A DNA stretch of 64,000 bases from Bdellovibrionota bacterium. Lineage in GTDB: Bacteria > Bdellovibrionota > UBA1018 > CAIPTA01 > JAALKR01. The stretch is from assembly GCA_965207455.1 (NCBI GenBank), contig CBDBMJ010000001.1, positions 1,760,001 through 1,824,000 of the forward strand, given 5' to 3'. Shown here one piece after another: positions 1-9,864 of the stretch (position 1 is its first letter; each line of letters starts with the position of its first letter). The notes below the pieces were generated by a model, which made no database searches, was not told where the DNA came from, and was given only the letters and a program-made list of their open reading frames with translations. The position numbers and the translations under genes are program-made.

Positions 1-71
1 ACAACATTTAACCCTTTTTCAAACTGAACAGATTTAAATGATGGCTTGTTGGAATAAATCCCGTGAATCAT
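1..71 (-). CDS. N-terminus of ABC-3C/Lamassu SMC-like ATPase (LmuB/DUF2326-like), runs off window
   Basis: Reads MIHGIYSNKPSFKSVQFEKGLNVV from ATG at 71, overlapping the stop of the upstream gene (ATGA); typical start of ABC-3C ATPases. Confidence 0.65.
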   Translation of the reverse strand, partial: MIHGIYSNKPSFKSVQFEKGLNV

Positions 72-295
72 CTTTTGGATCTCACTATCATGTTATCTTT
101 TATGTCAATTATTCCAGTAATATGTAGCATATCTAAAGTCAAAATAAATCGCTCATATGTTTGTATCGCAGAATTAGCTTTTACTGCTTCCCATAGGTTT
201 GAAAGCAGCACGGGTTTGGAGGTTTGTCGCAGAATCAAAGCACCAGTTCCGAGTAATGCTTCATGTGCAGCAGTATGTTTTGTCGGTAAGATCAT
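68..295 (-). CDS. ABC-three-component middle component (MC6-like, LmuC-like)
   Basis: 75 aa, MILPTKH...LLGTGALIL...YERFILTLDML pattern; lies between effector and ATPase. Confidence 0.7.
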   Translation of the reverse strand: MILPTKHTAAHEALLGTGALILRQTSKPVLLSNLWEAVKANSAIQTYERFILTLDMLHITGIIDIKDNMIVRSKR

Positions 296-1047
296 GTTTC
301 AAAAATCTCACATAATTCAAACAAGTGTACTAATACAGTCAGACCTGCCGCTTGCCGTTTAAAATCAATGCTACTACCGCCAGAAAACTGAAACATACTT
401 TCAAACAAGTCATCGCCAGTAATACCCTTATCTACTAGACTATCATATTCGTTTCTAAAGCCTTTTTTTAGCCGTTCTGGATAACCCTCATCTAGCTTTG
501 ATTGGTTTTCAATATATTTACCTACTTCACGACTGCGGCTCAAACCCGTTACAATAAGATTGTACGTCGATTTCGTTAAGTTGTTCTTTTTAATTTTTTT
601 CTCAGGTGGCAGTAAGTGAAAAGATGTGTTTGCCTCTATTATGCTTCCTGAAAGGAGTACATTAATGGCAGTCTCGAATTCTGCAAAACCGATATTGATC
701 ACTTCTTTTTCTAAAGAAATCGTAACCCAAGCTTCATGCTTTTTTTTCATTTGACGAAGACCTTCGATTGAATAATCAGGCTCCATCGTATCAACAATAT
801 CGTGATGCGTCCCGCAAAGCAAAATCAAATTATCGTATGTGTTGCGTTTCTCTCGAGAATAGGAACGATCTCCTCTTGGACCATTATCACTGTGCGCAAT
901 AATGTGGGCAATTTTACCAATTTGTTTCGTTTCTCTAGTTTTTTTCTCTTCCAGAATTAATTCTGTACGGCATTCTGGAAAGCTACAACGCCCTGCTGCC
1001 TTTCCATATAACATCTTGATGTCTCCTGCTCGCATTGTTCTTGCCAT
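292..1047 (-). CDS. HNH nuclease fused to ABC-3C C-terminal domain (Lamassu LmuA-like effector)
   Basis: CSFPEC, AHIIAHS..GPRG, NLILLCGTHHDIVD HNH motifs; C-terminal GDDLF...LFELCEIFE typical of ABC-3C CTD. Confidence 0.8.
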   Translation of the reverse strand: MARTMRAGDIKMLYGKAAGRCSFPECRTELILEEKKTRETKQIGKIAHIIAHSDNGPRGDRSYSREKRNTYDNLILLCGTHHDIVDTMEPDYSIEGLRQMKKKHEAWVTISLEKEVINIGFAEFETAINVLLSGSIIEANTSFHLLPPEKKIKKNNLTKSTYNLIVTGLSRSREVGKYIENQSKLDEGYPERLKKGFRNEYDSLVDKGITGDDLFESMFQFSGGSSIDFKRQAAGLTVLVHLFELCEIFET

Positions 1048-1325
1048 GATATGAGTACGTTTTTTGTAACATCAATTATATAAGTCATAAAGACAATTCT
1101 AAAAAAGACCACACCTTTAGAGGCTCTATCTCGTCCAAGACGGCTTAAATTTTTCATTTAGGCATAATGGCACAAGGCAATCTTTGGTTATAAGGCAGCC
1201 TTCAAGTGCCGAGCTGCTACTCAATCCGAGGTCGAGCAGTATGGTTATGATTATTAATAATCACATATTGGAGTCATATAATAATCACATTGCGCCATGT
1301 ATTGGGCTCGTTTCATAATAGGACT

Positions 1326-1437
1326 GTTGTATGTCTTTTCAAAATATACGCAAAGCACAAATCATTTAATTTCAACAAGTTAAGATTGTCACACAACACC
1401 GAACCGACGAACTCGGCTGGATAACTCGCATATAAGC
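1326..1437. repeat. Intergenic block X, copy 1 (copy 2 at 4521-4632)
   Basis: gttgtatgtctt..caaaata..cgcaaagcacaaatcat..aacaccgaaccgacgaactcggctggataa shared. Confidence 0.9.
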
Positions 1438-1448
1438 ACATTCATAGC

Positions 1449-1521
1449 TTGGATCCTGAGAATCATTCCGACATTCTTCAAGGAACACACCTGCAATTCA
1501 TAACCTCCTTATTGGATTCCC
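1449..1521. repeat. Cassette-boundary repeat (type A)
   Basis: ttggatcctgagaatcattccgaca..caaggaacacacc..attcataacctccttattggattccc. Confidence 0.95.
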
Positions 1522-1542
1522 AACGTTAGATGAGAAAGCTGA

Positions 1543-1707
1543 CTAACCGCCGTTTTTGAATCTTATAGCTCTTCTTGATGCAAGGGCGATGGAAACAGGA
1601 ACTGTAAGCTTAACCTTTGACCAATCGCCATCTTTTGCTGTCTTCTTTGCGCCTGAGGGATCAGGTTTCTTTTTTCTTTTTGCTCCGACTGTACTTTTTT
1701 TTGCCAT
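1543..1707 (-). CDS. Small basic hypothetical protein, copy 1 (MAKKSTVG...NGG)
   Basis: ORF conserved in a diverged second copy at 4053-4223. Confidence 0.55.
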   Translation of the reverse strand: MAKKSTVGAKRKKKPDPSGAKKTAKDGDWSKVKLTVPVSIALASRRAIRFKNGG

Positions 1708-1922
1708 AACCCTACTTTCCTCTTTATCTAAACTATTGTAAAACAAAACGTAAACACAGACAGTGTTCTCAGAACCTACACTACAATCAACGTTTTACTC
1801 TACCCCTTTTCACCTGCTGCCCGCAAGCGCAGTAATGCTTGAAAACTGTTTTTCATTATCATCTAGTTTACCTATTCTAGTCACTTATTTTATGCGCTGG
1901 CACTACCTCAGAAGCCCCGGCG

Positions 1923-1950
1923 TGTCCGATAGCACGGTAGTGTACCACCA
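1923..1950 (+). mobile_element. Orphan IS21-type left-end remnant
   Basis: tgtccgatagcacggtagtgtaccacca matches the IS21 end at 17907. Confidence 0.7.
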
Positions 1951-2262
1951 CTGCCAGCAGCCCCGGCCCCAGCCTGATGTCCAAAGTGTTGGGTGTCTTT
2001 TTAAAATATTGCCGAGCATAATCTGTTTATTTTCAGCTAGTTGCGATTTTTGCATTGCTCCGAATCCATGAACTCTGGAGAGTGAGGGGGAGTTTACCTA
2101 TATGGCATAGGGATCTAAGCGCGGCTTTCCTATTTCTCAAAGATATTATCAAGTAAAAACAATTACTTACAGAATTTTTTTATAAATAACTCAATTTTTG
2201 GGTTATTTATGTTTACTTTCTGCCCAATATATTGCATAATTAACTCAATAGTTGAGGTAATT

Positions 2263-2835
2263 ATGCAAAATAAAGCAAAAGACAGGCTTTACAAGTACGC
2301 AAGTCTGCAGGAGGGTTTGTTTACCACAAAGCAAGCTGAGAGGGCTGGTTATAGGCGAAGTCATCATTCCTACCATGTAAGGGCAGGTAATTGGATTCGT
2401 GAAATGAGGGGGCTTTATCGGCTCTCTCATTTTCCTCAAGATGATGAAGATGCTCAGCTTGTTCTTTGGTATTTATGGTCAAGGGATCAAAATGAAATAC
2501 CTCGGGGGGTTTACTCCCATGATACAGCTCTTAGAGTTTATGAGCTCAGCGACATCATGCCTAAAAAGTTGCACATAACAGTTCCAAAAAAATTTCGTCG
2601 TTTCAATAATATACCTGGGATACTCGCTCTTCATAAGACTGATCTTTCAAATTCCCACATTCGTCTGATGAGAGGGTTTGCCGTCACAACTCCCGTTCGG
2701 ACAATTCTTGATCTGATTCATTCAAGGCACTTAGATATTTTTCTAGTAAAGCAAGCCCACGATGAGGCTTTAGAAAAAGGAATGCTGTTGCCAGGGGATG
2801 AGGAAAAAATTAGAGAGGCATTTAATGAAAGATAA
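2263..2835 (+). CDS. abiEi: Type IV TA antitoxin, AbiEi family
   Basis: QEGLFTTKQA..GNWIREMRGLYRL wHTH; SHDTAL..ELSD..P.KLHITVP; VTTPVRTILD. Confidence 0.85.
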   Translation: MQNKAKDRLYKYASLQEGLFTTKQAERAGYRRSHHSYHVRAGNWIREMRGLYRLSHFPQDDEDAQLVLWYLWSRDQNEIPRGVYSHDTALRVYELSDIMPKKLHITVPKKFRRFNNIPGILALHKTDLSNSHIRLMRGFAVTTPVRTILDLIHSRHLDIFLVKQAHDEALEKGMLLPGDEEKIREAFNER

Positions 2836-2916
2836 AAAGTACCAGGCACCCAGCGCACTGCTTTTCTCACTCTCTAAGCGGCTGGAAAGAGCAAAATCAG
2901 AGGGCACTGACATTCA
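2825..2916 (+). pseudogene. Truncated 5' end of a probable AbiEii nucleotidyltransferase toxin
   Basis: Overlaps the abiEi stop; MKDKKYQAPSALLFSLSKRLERAKSEGTDIQ resembles AbiEii N-termini; runs directly into the boundary repeat. Confidence 0.55.
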
Positions 2917-2925
2917 GCCTCTCTC

Positions 2926-3018
2926 GATCATTTCTTGTTTGGATCCTGAGAATCATTTCGACATTCTTCAAGGAACACACCTGCAATTCATAACCTCCTT
3001 ATTGGATTTCCGCTGTAA
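2926..3018. repeat. Cassette-boundary repeat (type A)
   Basis: gatcatttcttgtttggatcctgagaatc...ttattggatttccgctgtaa, 8 bp from the stop of 3027-4016. Confidence 0.95.
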
Positions 3019-3026
3019 CTTTTCCT

Positions 3027-4016
3027 TTATTGAAAAGAGATTCTTTCTGGGTACACCTTGGTATATAGCTTAGCTATGTTGGAAAAGATTACATCTTTTG
3101 TAGCAATTTTTGAAAAATAATTGCCCATTATATTTAGCAATCTGTCGGAAAAGTTTTCTGATAGTGACACCTTTCTGTTAGCTTTCAAAATATTCAAGAG
3201 TTCACCATTTTTTTGAGATTCTTCCTTTATCTTTAACGTTATCATATCTTCCAGTTGTATGATGTAAGACATGTCATGCTCAAATGATGACAGTTCCTTG
3301 GACGGTTCATAGAAAAAAATCCCCTTTGAATCAAATTGGTTCAAGGATAAACTGATTAATTTTTTAGGATTACTCTCAATTATAATTTTACTACTCTCTT
3401 CTTCAGAATCCTTTTTATATTCCTGTAAATCTAACTCCCATTTAGTAGACGACTTGAACTTTTGTAAGGCATCTATAGCAGCAGCATTGCTATCTGGGTT
3501 ATTAATATTTAAAGCTTCAATTATAGCTTCTAGCACCTCACTGGGATCACTGCCCTTTATCCCGTCAGATTTCTTTACTTTATTAAATAAGGCACTCATT
3601 GCATTTACGGCTTCTTTAGAAAGTTCTTTTTTTGCAAAATTTATAAATTTTGTTTCAAGAAAATTAATAGGTGATTTTGGAAGGTTCTTTCCCTTGAGGA
3701 CACCCTCAATTGTCCCTCTTTCAATAGCACTTAATAATCCCTGTAATGGGCACAAAAACAGATTTGTGCTAAAGTATCTGCCCTTTTCATGAACCATGTC
3801 GCATGCTTTATTGAGTACAGACCATAATTCGTGGGAGTAATTGCTATCTTTTGAATATGCTTTAAATAAATCGTATATAGCGGAATGTCTTGCTATTTTT
3901 TTTATATCCTCAGTGCCTAACTCTATCACGTCACCAGTACGCAACATCCCATCTTTTCCATCAGAGTACATGCAAGGACGATAACTCTCAATATGAGTTT
4001 TCCAATCGGGATTCAT
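3027..4016 (-). CDS. Hypothetical protein (329 aa)
   Basis: Long ORF, no recognised motif. Confidence 0.75.
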   Translation of the reverse strand: MNPDWKTHIESYRPCMYSDGKDGMLRTGDVIELGTEDIKKIARHSAIYDLFKAYSKDSNYSHELWSVLNKACDMVHEKGRYFSTNLFLCPLQGLLSAIERGTIEGVLKGKNLPKSPINFLETKFINFAKKELSKEAVNAMSALFNKVKKSDGIKGSDPSEVLEAIIEALNINNPDSNAAAIDALQKFKSSTKWELDLQEYKKDSEEESSKIIIESNPKKLISLSLNQFDSKGIFFYEPSKELSSFEHDMSYIIQLEDMITLKIKEESQKNGELLNILKANRKVSLSENFSDRLLNIMGNYFSKIATKDVIFSNIAKLYTKVYPERISFQ

Positions 4017-4052
4017 ACAATTTTTTTCTTCTAAGTAATCTTACAAAATCAA

Positions 4053-4223
4053 CTAGCCGCCGTTTTTAATTCTTATGGCTCTTCTTGATGCCAGAACAAC
4101 AGAAACAGGAACTGTAAGATCGATGTTTGACCAATCGCCATCTTTTGCTGTCTTCTTTGCGCCTGATGGATCAGGTTTCTTTTTTCTTTTCGTTCCTGCT
4201 GTGGAACTCCTTTTTTTTGCCAT
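4053..4223 (-). CDS. Small basic hypothetical protein, copy 2
   Basis: MAKKRSSTAGTKRKKKPDPSGAKKTAKDGDWSNIDLTVPVSVVLASRRAIRIKNGG, paralog of 1543-1707. Confidence 0.55.
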   Translation of the reverse strand: MAKKRSSTAGTKRKKKPDPSGAKKTAKDGDWSNIDLTVPVSVVLASRRAIRIKNGG

Positions 4224-4411
4224 AACCCTATTTTCCCCTCTATCTAACTATATGTAAAACAAAACCTACACTACAATCAGTTCCCCACTTTACCTCGTTC
4301 ACCTGTTACTCGCAAGCGCAATAATGCTTGAAAGCTGTTTTTCATTATCATCTAGTTCTTACCGATTCTAGTCACTTATTTTATGCGCTGGCACTGCCCC
4401 AGAAGCTCCGA

Positions 4412-4460
4412 CGTCCGATAGCACGAAAGTATACCACCAGATTCGCACGGTAGTATACCA
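4412..4460 (+). mobile_element. Orphan IS21-type left-end remnant
   Basis: cgtccgatagcacgaaagtataccaccagattcgcacggtagtatacca equals the IS21 terminus plus its 24-bp unit. Confidence 0.8.
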
Positions 4461-4749
4461 ACGCTGCCAGCAACCCCGGCCCCAGCCTGATGTCCAAAGT
4501 GTTGTGTGTCTTTTTGAAATGTTGTATGTCTTCTCAAAATACACGCAAAGCACAAATCATGTAATTTCAACAAGTTGAGCCTATCGCACAACACCGAACC
4601 GACGAACTCGGCTGGATAATTCGTATATAAGCTTGCCAGAGCACACCGTCGTTTCTTTCTGATTTGTCATCGTTACAAGCCATGTTTACTCATTTCCATT
4701 CTGTTCAAGACAAAGCTACTTCGTCCCCCTGATTACAGCCCATTCATAG

Positions 4750-5070
4750 CTTGGATCCTGGGGAGCATTCGTGCCCTTGCCAAGAGCCCACTTCTGCATC
4801 TATCCTGATTAGTAGTTAAGGTTTTAGCGTACGAGTTCAGTTTTGTTCCCTTCGACGACGACGCCTGTTTTATAGCTTCTTAAGATTTCCTAGTTGAGCT
4901 TTCACACAGGTGAAGTTGCATAGTTTCATTGTTTTTTTTGCTGGATAAAATTTTCATTCCACTGGCCAGCCTCTGCGGATCATTTCTTGCTTGGCTCCTG
5001 AGAATCATTTCGACACTCCTCAAGGAACACACCGACGATTCATCACCTCCTTATTGGATTCCCGCTGTAA
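4750..5070. repeat. Composite boundary repeat (type B core + linker + type A core)
   Basis: Two cores joined by tcccttcgacgacg..tatagcttcttaagatttcctag linker; similar at 5800-6033, 16383-16645, 23380-23745, 36415-36701, 51330-51533. Confidence 0.9.
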
Positions 5071-5078
5071 TTTTCCCT

Positions 5079-5531
5079 TTATAAGCTCCATCTTTCGTAA
5101 CAGTTTTGCGACTTGAATTCTTCCTCAATCCTTGAATCTTCCATGAAGCTATCAACATAGTTAAGTCTATTGAATTGATAGAGGTAGTAGGGGGTAGTAG
5201 GGCTTGTGGTGAATGTAATTCCTGTGGAGTTGAGCCAATTCTTACAAGTGAAGGAGAGTGGTAGGGTATGTTTGTTGTTTGTTGGCCATGCTATATTGCA
5301 GTTGTTATATTCTTCAATTTCGGCGTTTACAAAAGTTAGAGGCAATACTTTTATATTGCCATACTGTGGTTTTGAGGTGTCGTAGGTGATTTCAAACTTA
5401 CTGTGGGTGAATTCTCCATTCCAGCCGCAGGTAAACTGTAGAGTTTTCATTTCGCTGTGTGCGGAGGCAAGATTTGGGGATAGGGTTACTATTAGGCAGC
5501 CTAGTATTATTATATTTTTTACGTTTTTCAC
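5079..5531 (-). CDS. Secreted hypothetical protein
   Basis: N-terminal signal-peptide-like segment ending ASA; cysteines. Confidence 0.65.
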   Translation of the reverse strand: MKNVKNIIILGCLIVTLSPNLASAHSEMKTLQFTCGWNGEFTHSKFEITYDTSKPQYGNIKVLPLTFVNAEIEEYNNCNIAWPTNNKHTLPLSFTCKNWLNSTGITFTTSPTTPYYLYQFNRLNYVDSFMEDSRIEEEFKSQNCYERWSL

Positions 5532-5799
5532 AATTATATCCTTTTTGTTATTAGGTTAAGAAGTGCAGCATGCGACCTCTTGATTATGGGTTCCTTATAG
5601 CTACCTTCCCCTTAGTTGTCAGGGCCCTCTAGTTACGCATCGAACAAACTGAGTTATTGAGGAGTAGTTTGGGCATTTTGAGGTATTTCTGTGTGATTAG
5701 GGTATGGGGGGGCATTTATTTGGTTGGGGTGGGGCATTTGTGAGTTTCAGGAGGTATTTTTGCATTATTTTTGACAGGGGTTATTATTTTGGGAGTGAG

Positions 5800-6033
5800 T
5801 TTTGTTTTGTTCCCTTCGACGGCGACGGTTGTTTTATAGTTTCTTAAGATTTCCTAGGTGAGTTTTCACTCGGTTAAGGTTGGATAGTTTCATTGTTTTT
5901 TTTGCTGGATAAGATTTTATTCCGATCGCCGGCCTTTTCGGGTCATTTCTTGTTTGGATCCTGAGTATCATTTCGACAGATTCCAAGGAACACACCGACG
6001 ATTCATCACCTTACTTATTGGATTTCCGCTGTG
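5800..6033. repeat. Boundary repeat (linker + type A core)
   Basis: Aligns to 4840-5070; ends 14 bp from the mazG-like stop. Confidence 0.9.
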
Positions 6034-6047
6034 ACTCTCCCTCCATT

Positions 6048-7172
6048 TTAAAGGGACTGTTTATTTTTTGGAAGAATATCATTCACTTCTTTTGTAAATT
6101 CCATTGTTCGCTTTTCAGCATCAATGCTAAGAACTCCTATTACTCCTGATTGTTTATCTTTTTCTACTTCTTGATAAGCATCTCTCAATTCTCTAAAAAT
6201 ACGAAAACCTTCCATAATAGTATTTTCCCACTCCTTAAATCCAACATCTTTTACTTCTAGTTCGCTTGTTAAATTTCTTACAAATTTCAACATATCATAT
6301 TCTATGCGAACCATTCCTTCTAAAAAATCATTCCGCTTCGCATAGTTAAATATCTGAAGGGAAATAGCTTCTTCTCGAATTATAGCTCTTGCTCCATCTT
6401 CATTCTTATCTGTAGTAGAACTGTTCTTACGCTTAACTTTTAGAAGACTTCTCAGGACAGGGGACCAGCCTAAAAAAGTAACATAAGACCAATGAAACAC
6501 ATCATGAAACCTGTAATAATCGGGTGATTCATTATTATCATCCACTAGGTCACCTAGATTCATGTCATTCATCTGCATTAAAATTTTATTATCAGTCGAT
6601 TTAATGAATTTAATTTCTGCTTTTCTGGGAAGCCGTTGATAGCGTGGGGAATCTTTATCACGAAAATAACCTTCATCTCTAGGATCTTCCCAACGAGATT
6701 TATTCTTAGCAAGGTTGTCAGAAAACAATTCTTCTTTATTAAGCTTATTTTTCTTCAGTATAAAGAAAATTATTTTTAAAATTTTTTTTATTCTTTCCTT
6801 TAAAAAATCTTTCTTTCTTAAATTACCTCTTTCTTTTAATATTTCAACAGAAATCTGGAGTAATTTATAAATGACTTCTAAATCATTTTCCGTGGTGCTT
6901 GCATCTTCTTGGTTAATAAAATCATCATTTAATTCAATGTTATTCAAGAATGCCAAAGCGGCTGTATACCACAAAGCATCGCCTAACTCCTCAAGAAGAG
7001 ATTCTTTATATTCTTTTATTTCTAGTGAATCTCTTTTTGCTCTTTTATATATACTGGCAAGCGAGCCTATCTCACCACAAAGGCCTAAAAGTACAATCTC
7101 CAGTTTTTTCTCTTCGGTAAGTCCTGTGAGTAATGTTTTTGTCGCTTCCCTTTGATATTCTTTAAGGTTCAT
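6048..7172 (-). CDS. MazG-like NTP pyrophosphatase with MazG C-terminal domain
   Basis: LGLCGEIGSL, EELGDALWY; C-terminal GDLVDDN...YRFHDVFH...WSPVLRSLLK.KRK...EDGARA..EE. Confidence 0.85.
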   Translation of the reverse strand: MNLKEYQREATKTLLTGLTEEKKLEIVLLGLCGEIGSLASIYKRAKRDSLEIKEYKESLLEELGDALWYTAALAFLNNIELNDDFINQEDASTTENDLEVIYKLLQISVEILKERGNLRKKDFLKERIKKILKIIFFILKKNKLNKEELFSDNLAKNKSRWEDPRDEGYFRDKDSPRYQRLPRKAEIKFIKSTDNKILMQMNDMNLGDLVDDNNESPDYYRFHDVFHWSYVTFLGWSPVLRSLLKVKRKNSSTTDKNEDGARAIIREEAISLQIFNYAKRNDFLEGMVRIEYDMLKFVRNLTSELEVKDVGFKEWENTIMEGFRIFRELRDAYQEVEKDKQSGVIGVLSIDAEKRTMEFTKEVNDILPKNKQSL

Positions 7173-7846
7173 TTCTGTAGGTAGGATGATTGACAGGGTT
7201 TTTCCCAATTAATTGGAAAGCCGTGAATTCCCCCGGTAATCTTTCTCTTCTTAAATAATTTTTCCAGCAATCCTATTAGCCTTTCAGCTTCCTTGCCTTC
7301 AAAATTTTTATGACGGATATCTTCTACATCCCTTGCAAATTTCCTAGATATCTGTCCCAAGGCAATTCTCTTTTCCTTGCCAAAATAGTAAAATTCTTTT
7401 GAAATCAGCACATGATGAGACTTTGTATCTACCTTTAAATTTCCTTGGTGAGTCCTTCCATTTTTTCTACTATGGCTTGAATTAGCTTGGTGCCACTTGC
7501 CATCCTTGTGGTACACATTGTCACCATACATGATTTTTTGGCTTCCCGCCTCATTTGGCTTTTTACATTGAAACCTTGAATCGCTCCAATACTTGTTAAA
7601 TATCAGCCTCTCACTAACTCGCATCGCATAAATTAAAGAACCTCTATTTTTCAATGCCTTGCTTCCCAATCCTAGTACCCAGTCTCCAGCCTCAGCATGC
7701 TGTCTTATACTCGACTTACAAGTGGCTAAAGTACAGAATCCATGAAATGGATTAGGAGCAAAACCAAAGTCTTTTGTAACTATGTATGTAAAAATTTTTA
7801 TCGACCCGTTTAACGTAAGGCTTTCTTTTTTTTCTTTCTTTGACAT
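7169..7846 (-). CDS. Nucleotide-modification-associated domain 2 (Nmad2)-like protein
   Basis: YIVTKDFGFAPNPFHGFCTLATCK..IR; GDNVY; VLISKEFYYFG. Confidence 0.8.
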   Translation of the reverse strand: MSKKEKKESLTLNGSIKIFTYIVTKDFGFAPNPFHGFCTLATCKSSIRQHAEAGDWVLGLGSKALKNRGSLIYAMRVSERLIFNKYWSDSRFQCKKPNEAGSQKIMYGDNVYHKDGKWHQANSSHSRKNGRTHQGNLKVDTKSHHVLISKEFYYFGKEKRIALGQISRKFARDVEDIRHKNFEGKEAERLIGLLEKLFKKRKITGGIHGFPINWEKPCQSSYLQK

Positions 7847-8316
7847 AAGACCCTCTTCATTTTCTTTGAACTATCAGTATTTTCAAGCCTTTCCGAGCCA
7901 TCAGGATTACAAAAAATCTTCTTGTCATTTATAGCTTTAATGATTTTTCTAGGATCCCAATCAATAATAGCATCTGCATGGTCCTCTATGCCAGAGGGAA
8001 GTGGAACGTCTAATTTTTTTAAAAAAACTCCGATAATTTTTTTCCCTTCTTTCGAGGCATGCTCTATTTCCCAGTTAACAAATTTTCGCCTATGCGTTTC
8101 TGGTCCAATTAGGCGTATTACCGCGCTCGCTCGCTCCATTTTTTTAGAAATGTAACCCTCATGAGATGCATTATTTTCTTTTCCGATATCGATTGGGTAG
8201 CTCTTTAGTTTCCAGCCCGTGGACGCTTTAATAATTTCCTTCAGCCTCCCTATATATTTTTTATCACCCTTGTAATAACTAATAAAAACATATTTTTCTT
8301 TTTGTTTCTTTTTCAT
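7810..8316 (-). CDS. TIR-like (MTH538/DUF1863, ThsB-like) protein
   Basis: VFISY, LIGPETH.RKFVNWEIEHA..GKKIIGV; conserved Glu retained. Confidence 0.8.
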   Translation of the reverse strand: MKKKQKEKYVFISYYKGDKKYIGRLKEIIKASTGWKLKSYPIDIGKENNASHEGYISKKMERASAVIRLIGPETHRRKFVNWEIEHASKEGKKIIGVFLKKLDVPLPSGIEDHADAIIDWDPRKIIKAINDKKIFCNPDGSERLENTDSSKKMKRVLCQRKKKKKALR

Positions 8317-8675
8317 TCTTTAATCAAACCTAACGCACCAAGTGCTCATATTCCCCTTCTTGGCTATATATTATAAGCCCACAAATATTTTTTGTCTATA
8401 TAACAATATTTGAGGCCACAAGAAGAGTTGCGCCTTTAATAAATAAGATGACTATTATTGCTAAAACTAGACCTGCACCCGTGCTGCATGGTTACTTCCT
8501 AAATCAAGAAAAACCATTCCGACACCTCTTCGATGATGTGCGGAAAAAATCAAATACTGATTTTTCAATGCTACCACCATCAGAAAAATCTAGTTGGCTT
8601 TGTACTTGTTTTTCAAAAATTCTTATATTTTTCTATCTCATCCCTTTGATTATAGTAATAATTTGCCTTTACTAT

Positions 8676-9662
8676 TTAAATTAAATTATTTTCTAAAGTA
8701 CATAATTTCCATTTTGGCGGATACCACTGTGGGATTTCACCAGAACATTTATTGTACTTTTGCTTTATTTTAACTCTATTTACTTTCCCTAAAATATTTG
8801 GGTGAGCAACTCTAGAGTATTTATCAACTTCACAAAATAAATTCTGACAATCAATAAGCTGAGGTTCTCTACCCCAGAGATATTGAAAAGACAGACCTAA
8901 ACGTGAAAATTCTTTCTCTGAGCGAGTTGCCATCTCTGAAATTATCTCCTCATCAGTTAACCCACCAGTATTTGAAAAGCATTTTCTTATCCCATTTATA
9001 GCACCAGGACCCGCAACCACATAATCCATTTCAGAAAAATTTATAAGTTCACTATAGTTAAAATCAATTGCAAATTGAAAAGCAAGAAATTTTCCTAAAG
9101 ATGGATAGGAAAGAAGTAATTTATATACCTCCATTAATGATTTTGTTTTTAATAATTTCCTTGTAAAGGAACCACTCAACATATATTCTATCAATTTCAA
9201 GTGATTCTGATACTTTTTTAGCAAATCAAAGCCGGGAGATGGCATAATATAAGCCGCAGAATAAATGGGTTTTTTATTTTTTATTTGTATTTCTAAAGCT
9301 TTAGAGTATTTTTCAAATGAATACGCTTTCCATGTTATGTCTCCAGAATAACTCTGTATATTTTCCCATGTGCTAATTTTATTAAATATCTTGAATAAAA
9401 GAATTCTAAATACAACATCTTCTTCTTTTTGAGAGCCAGAATAGATTACATTTTTAATTAGATACTGACTAACCCTGTCCGATGCTCTATACACATTTGT
9501 AAAGCGATGGTTTTTAATTATAGGATCATTTGTCCATGGTGGAATAATTCCCTTTACTCTCTTCATGAAAATATTTTGTCTTTCAACAGCAAACCTCCAG
9601 TATGTATCAAAAACTAATGTGGTTTTTAGAAAGATACCTTTTGCAGTTTTAATTTTTCTCAT
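8676..9662 (-). CDS. 5-hmdU DNA kinase / aGPT-pyrophosphorylase clade 1-like protein
   Basis: YWRFAVERQ.IF..R....PPWT.DPI...RFTNVYRASDRVSQYLI; AGPGA; LIDCQNLFCEVDKY. Confidence 0.8.
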   Translation of the reverse strand: MRKIKTAKGIFLKTTLVFDTYWRFAVERQNIFMKRVKGIIPPWTNDPIIKNHRFTNVYRASDRVSQYLIKNVIYSGSQKEEDVVFRILLFKIFNKISTWENIQSYSGDITWKAYSFEKYSKALEIQIKNKKPIYSAAYIMPSPGFDLLKKYQNHLKLIEYMLSGSFTRKLLKTKSLMEVYKLLLSYPSLGKFLAFQFAIDFNYSELINFSEMDYVVAGPGAINGIRKCFSNTGGLTDEEIISEMATRSEKEFSRLGLSFQYLWGREPQLIDCQNLFCEVDKYSRVAHPNILGKVNRVKIKQKYNKCSGEIPQWYPPKWKLCTLENNLI

Positions 9663-9663
9663 A

Positions 9664-9864
9664 TTACCTCCTGTTTTTCTTTTTCCCATTGTTTAATTCA
9701 CTCACATAATCATCTAGCGCTTGTAAAACCACCTGAGTAAGAGGCCAGCCCTTACTCTCTGCGATGTCTTCCATGCCTTCCACTAATTTTCTATGAATTC
9801 GAAATGCCTTCATTTCTGTATTCCCTGTACAGTAATTTCTATTTGGAAGTGCCTGCTTCTTCAT
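9664..9864 (-). CDS. Small ribbon-helix-helix-like regulator
   Basis: AFRIHRKLVEGMEDIAESKGWPLTQVVLQALDDY pattern; directly upstream of the kinase gene. Confidence 0.55.
   Translation of the reverse strand: MKKQALPNRNYCTGNTEMKAFRIHRKLVEGMEDIAESKGWPLTQVVLQALDDYVSELNNGKKKNRR

Noticed and set aside
1395..1437. tRNA or att-like fragment in block X
   Set aside because: No cloverleaf, T-loop consensus or CCA end is discernible.
5700..5736. Functional G-quadruplex
   Set aside because: The G-runs are part of the general G/T-skewed spacer tracts; no independent support.
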